Source of the DNA: a virus
Taxonomy: Duplodnaviria > Caudoviricetes
Direction: 5' to 3' (one strand)
DNA length: 53,366 bases
Virus record (IMG/VR): IMGVR_UViG_3300005611_000037
Location: 1-53,366 of that record
In this document: piece after piece, positions 53,294 through 53,366 of the stretch
How positions within the stretch are numbered: position 1 is the stretch's first letter
Layout of the letters: each line of letters begins with the position of its first letter
Notes under the pieces: generated by a model
Seen by the model: the letters and a program-made list of their open reading frames with translations, nothing else
What the model was told of the DNA's origin: nothing
Database searches by the model: none
Program-made: the position numbers and the translations under genes

Positions 53294-53366
53294 TATTTTT
53301 TAACTTTAAAATTTAATGCTATTAAGTCTACTAACTTATATAGTTTGCCTAACCATTCATCATCTT
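53293..53366 (-). CDS. C-terminus of a small holin-like membrane protein, truncated at window edge
   Basis: ...DDEWLGKLYKLVDLIALNFKVKK*, TAATG-coupled to the next gene. Confidence 0.6.
   Translation of the reverse strand, partial: DDEWLGKLYKLVDLIALNFKVKK

Noticed and set aside
1-53366. Prophage, diversity-generating retroelement or alternative genetic code
   Set aside because: No integrase, host flanks or reverse transcriptase seen; genes are intact and densely packed under the standard code with all three stop codons in use

Overview
The window is a near-complete ~53 kb genome of an AT-rich, probably lytic, podovirus-like tailed phage. Both window edges fall inside small genes of the tail/lysis region. 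A marine gammaproteobacterial host is inferred from host-like genes (IbpA-type Hsp20, DUF1289, XseB, a Methyltransf_16-like enzyme). The minus strand carries terL, portal, GroES, scaffold, major capsid, head-tail and tail-fibre genes (1-23.4 kb), and ejection, tail and lysis genes (40.8-53.3 kb). A plus-strand block of small early genes with its own promoters, terminators and repeats (23.7-28.8 kb) separates terS from terL. Next come a candidate origin, two DNA methyltransferases, a PAPS-reductase-family gene, a primase-polymerase/helicase and a Cro-like gene (minus), then a recombination/replication operon (plus). I found no integrase, family A/B DNA polymerase, RNA polymerase, tRNA or CRISPR array. 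Top leads: (1) a promoter- and terminator-bounded ~70 nt sRNA complementary to the ribosome-binding sites of the first genes of all three early transcription units; (2) a shared [K/E]-[M/F/Y]-x-x-G-G-x-[V/I] motif and a shared C-terminal motif across small basic and ejection proteins, next to a putative protein-lysine methyltransferase; (3) a phage-borne XseB; (4) several structured RNAs and repeat arrays. All calls come from motif recognition by eye; no database searches were run.
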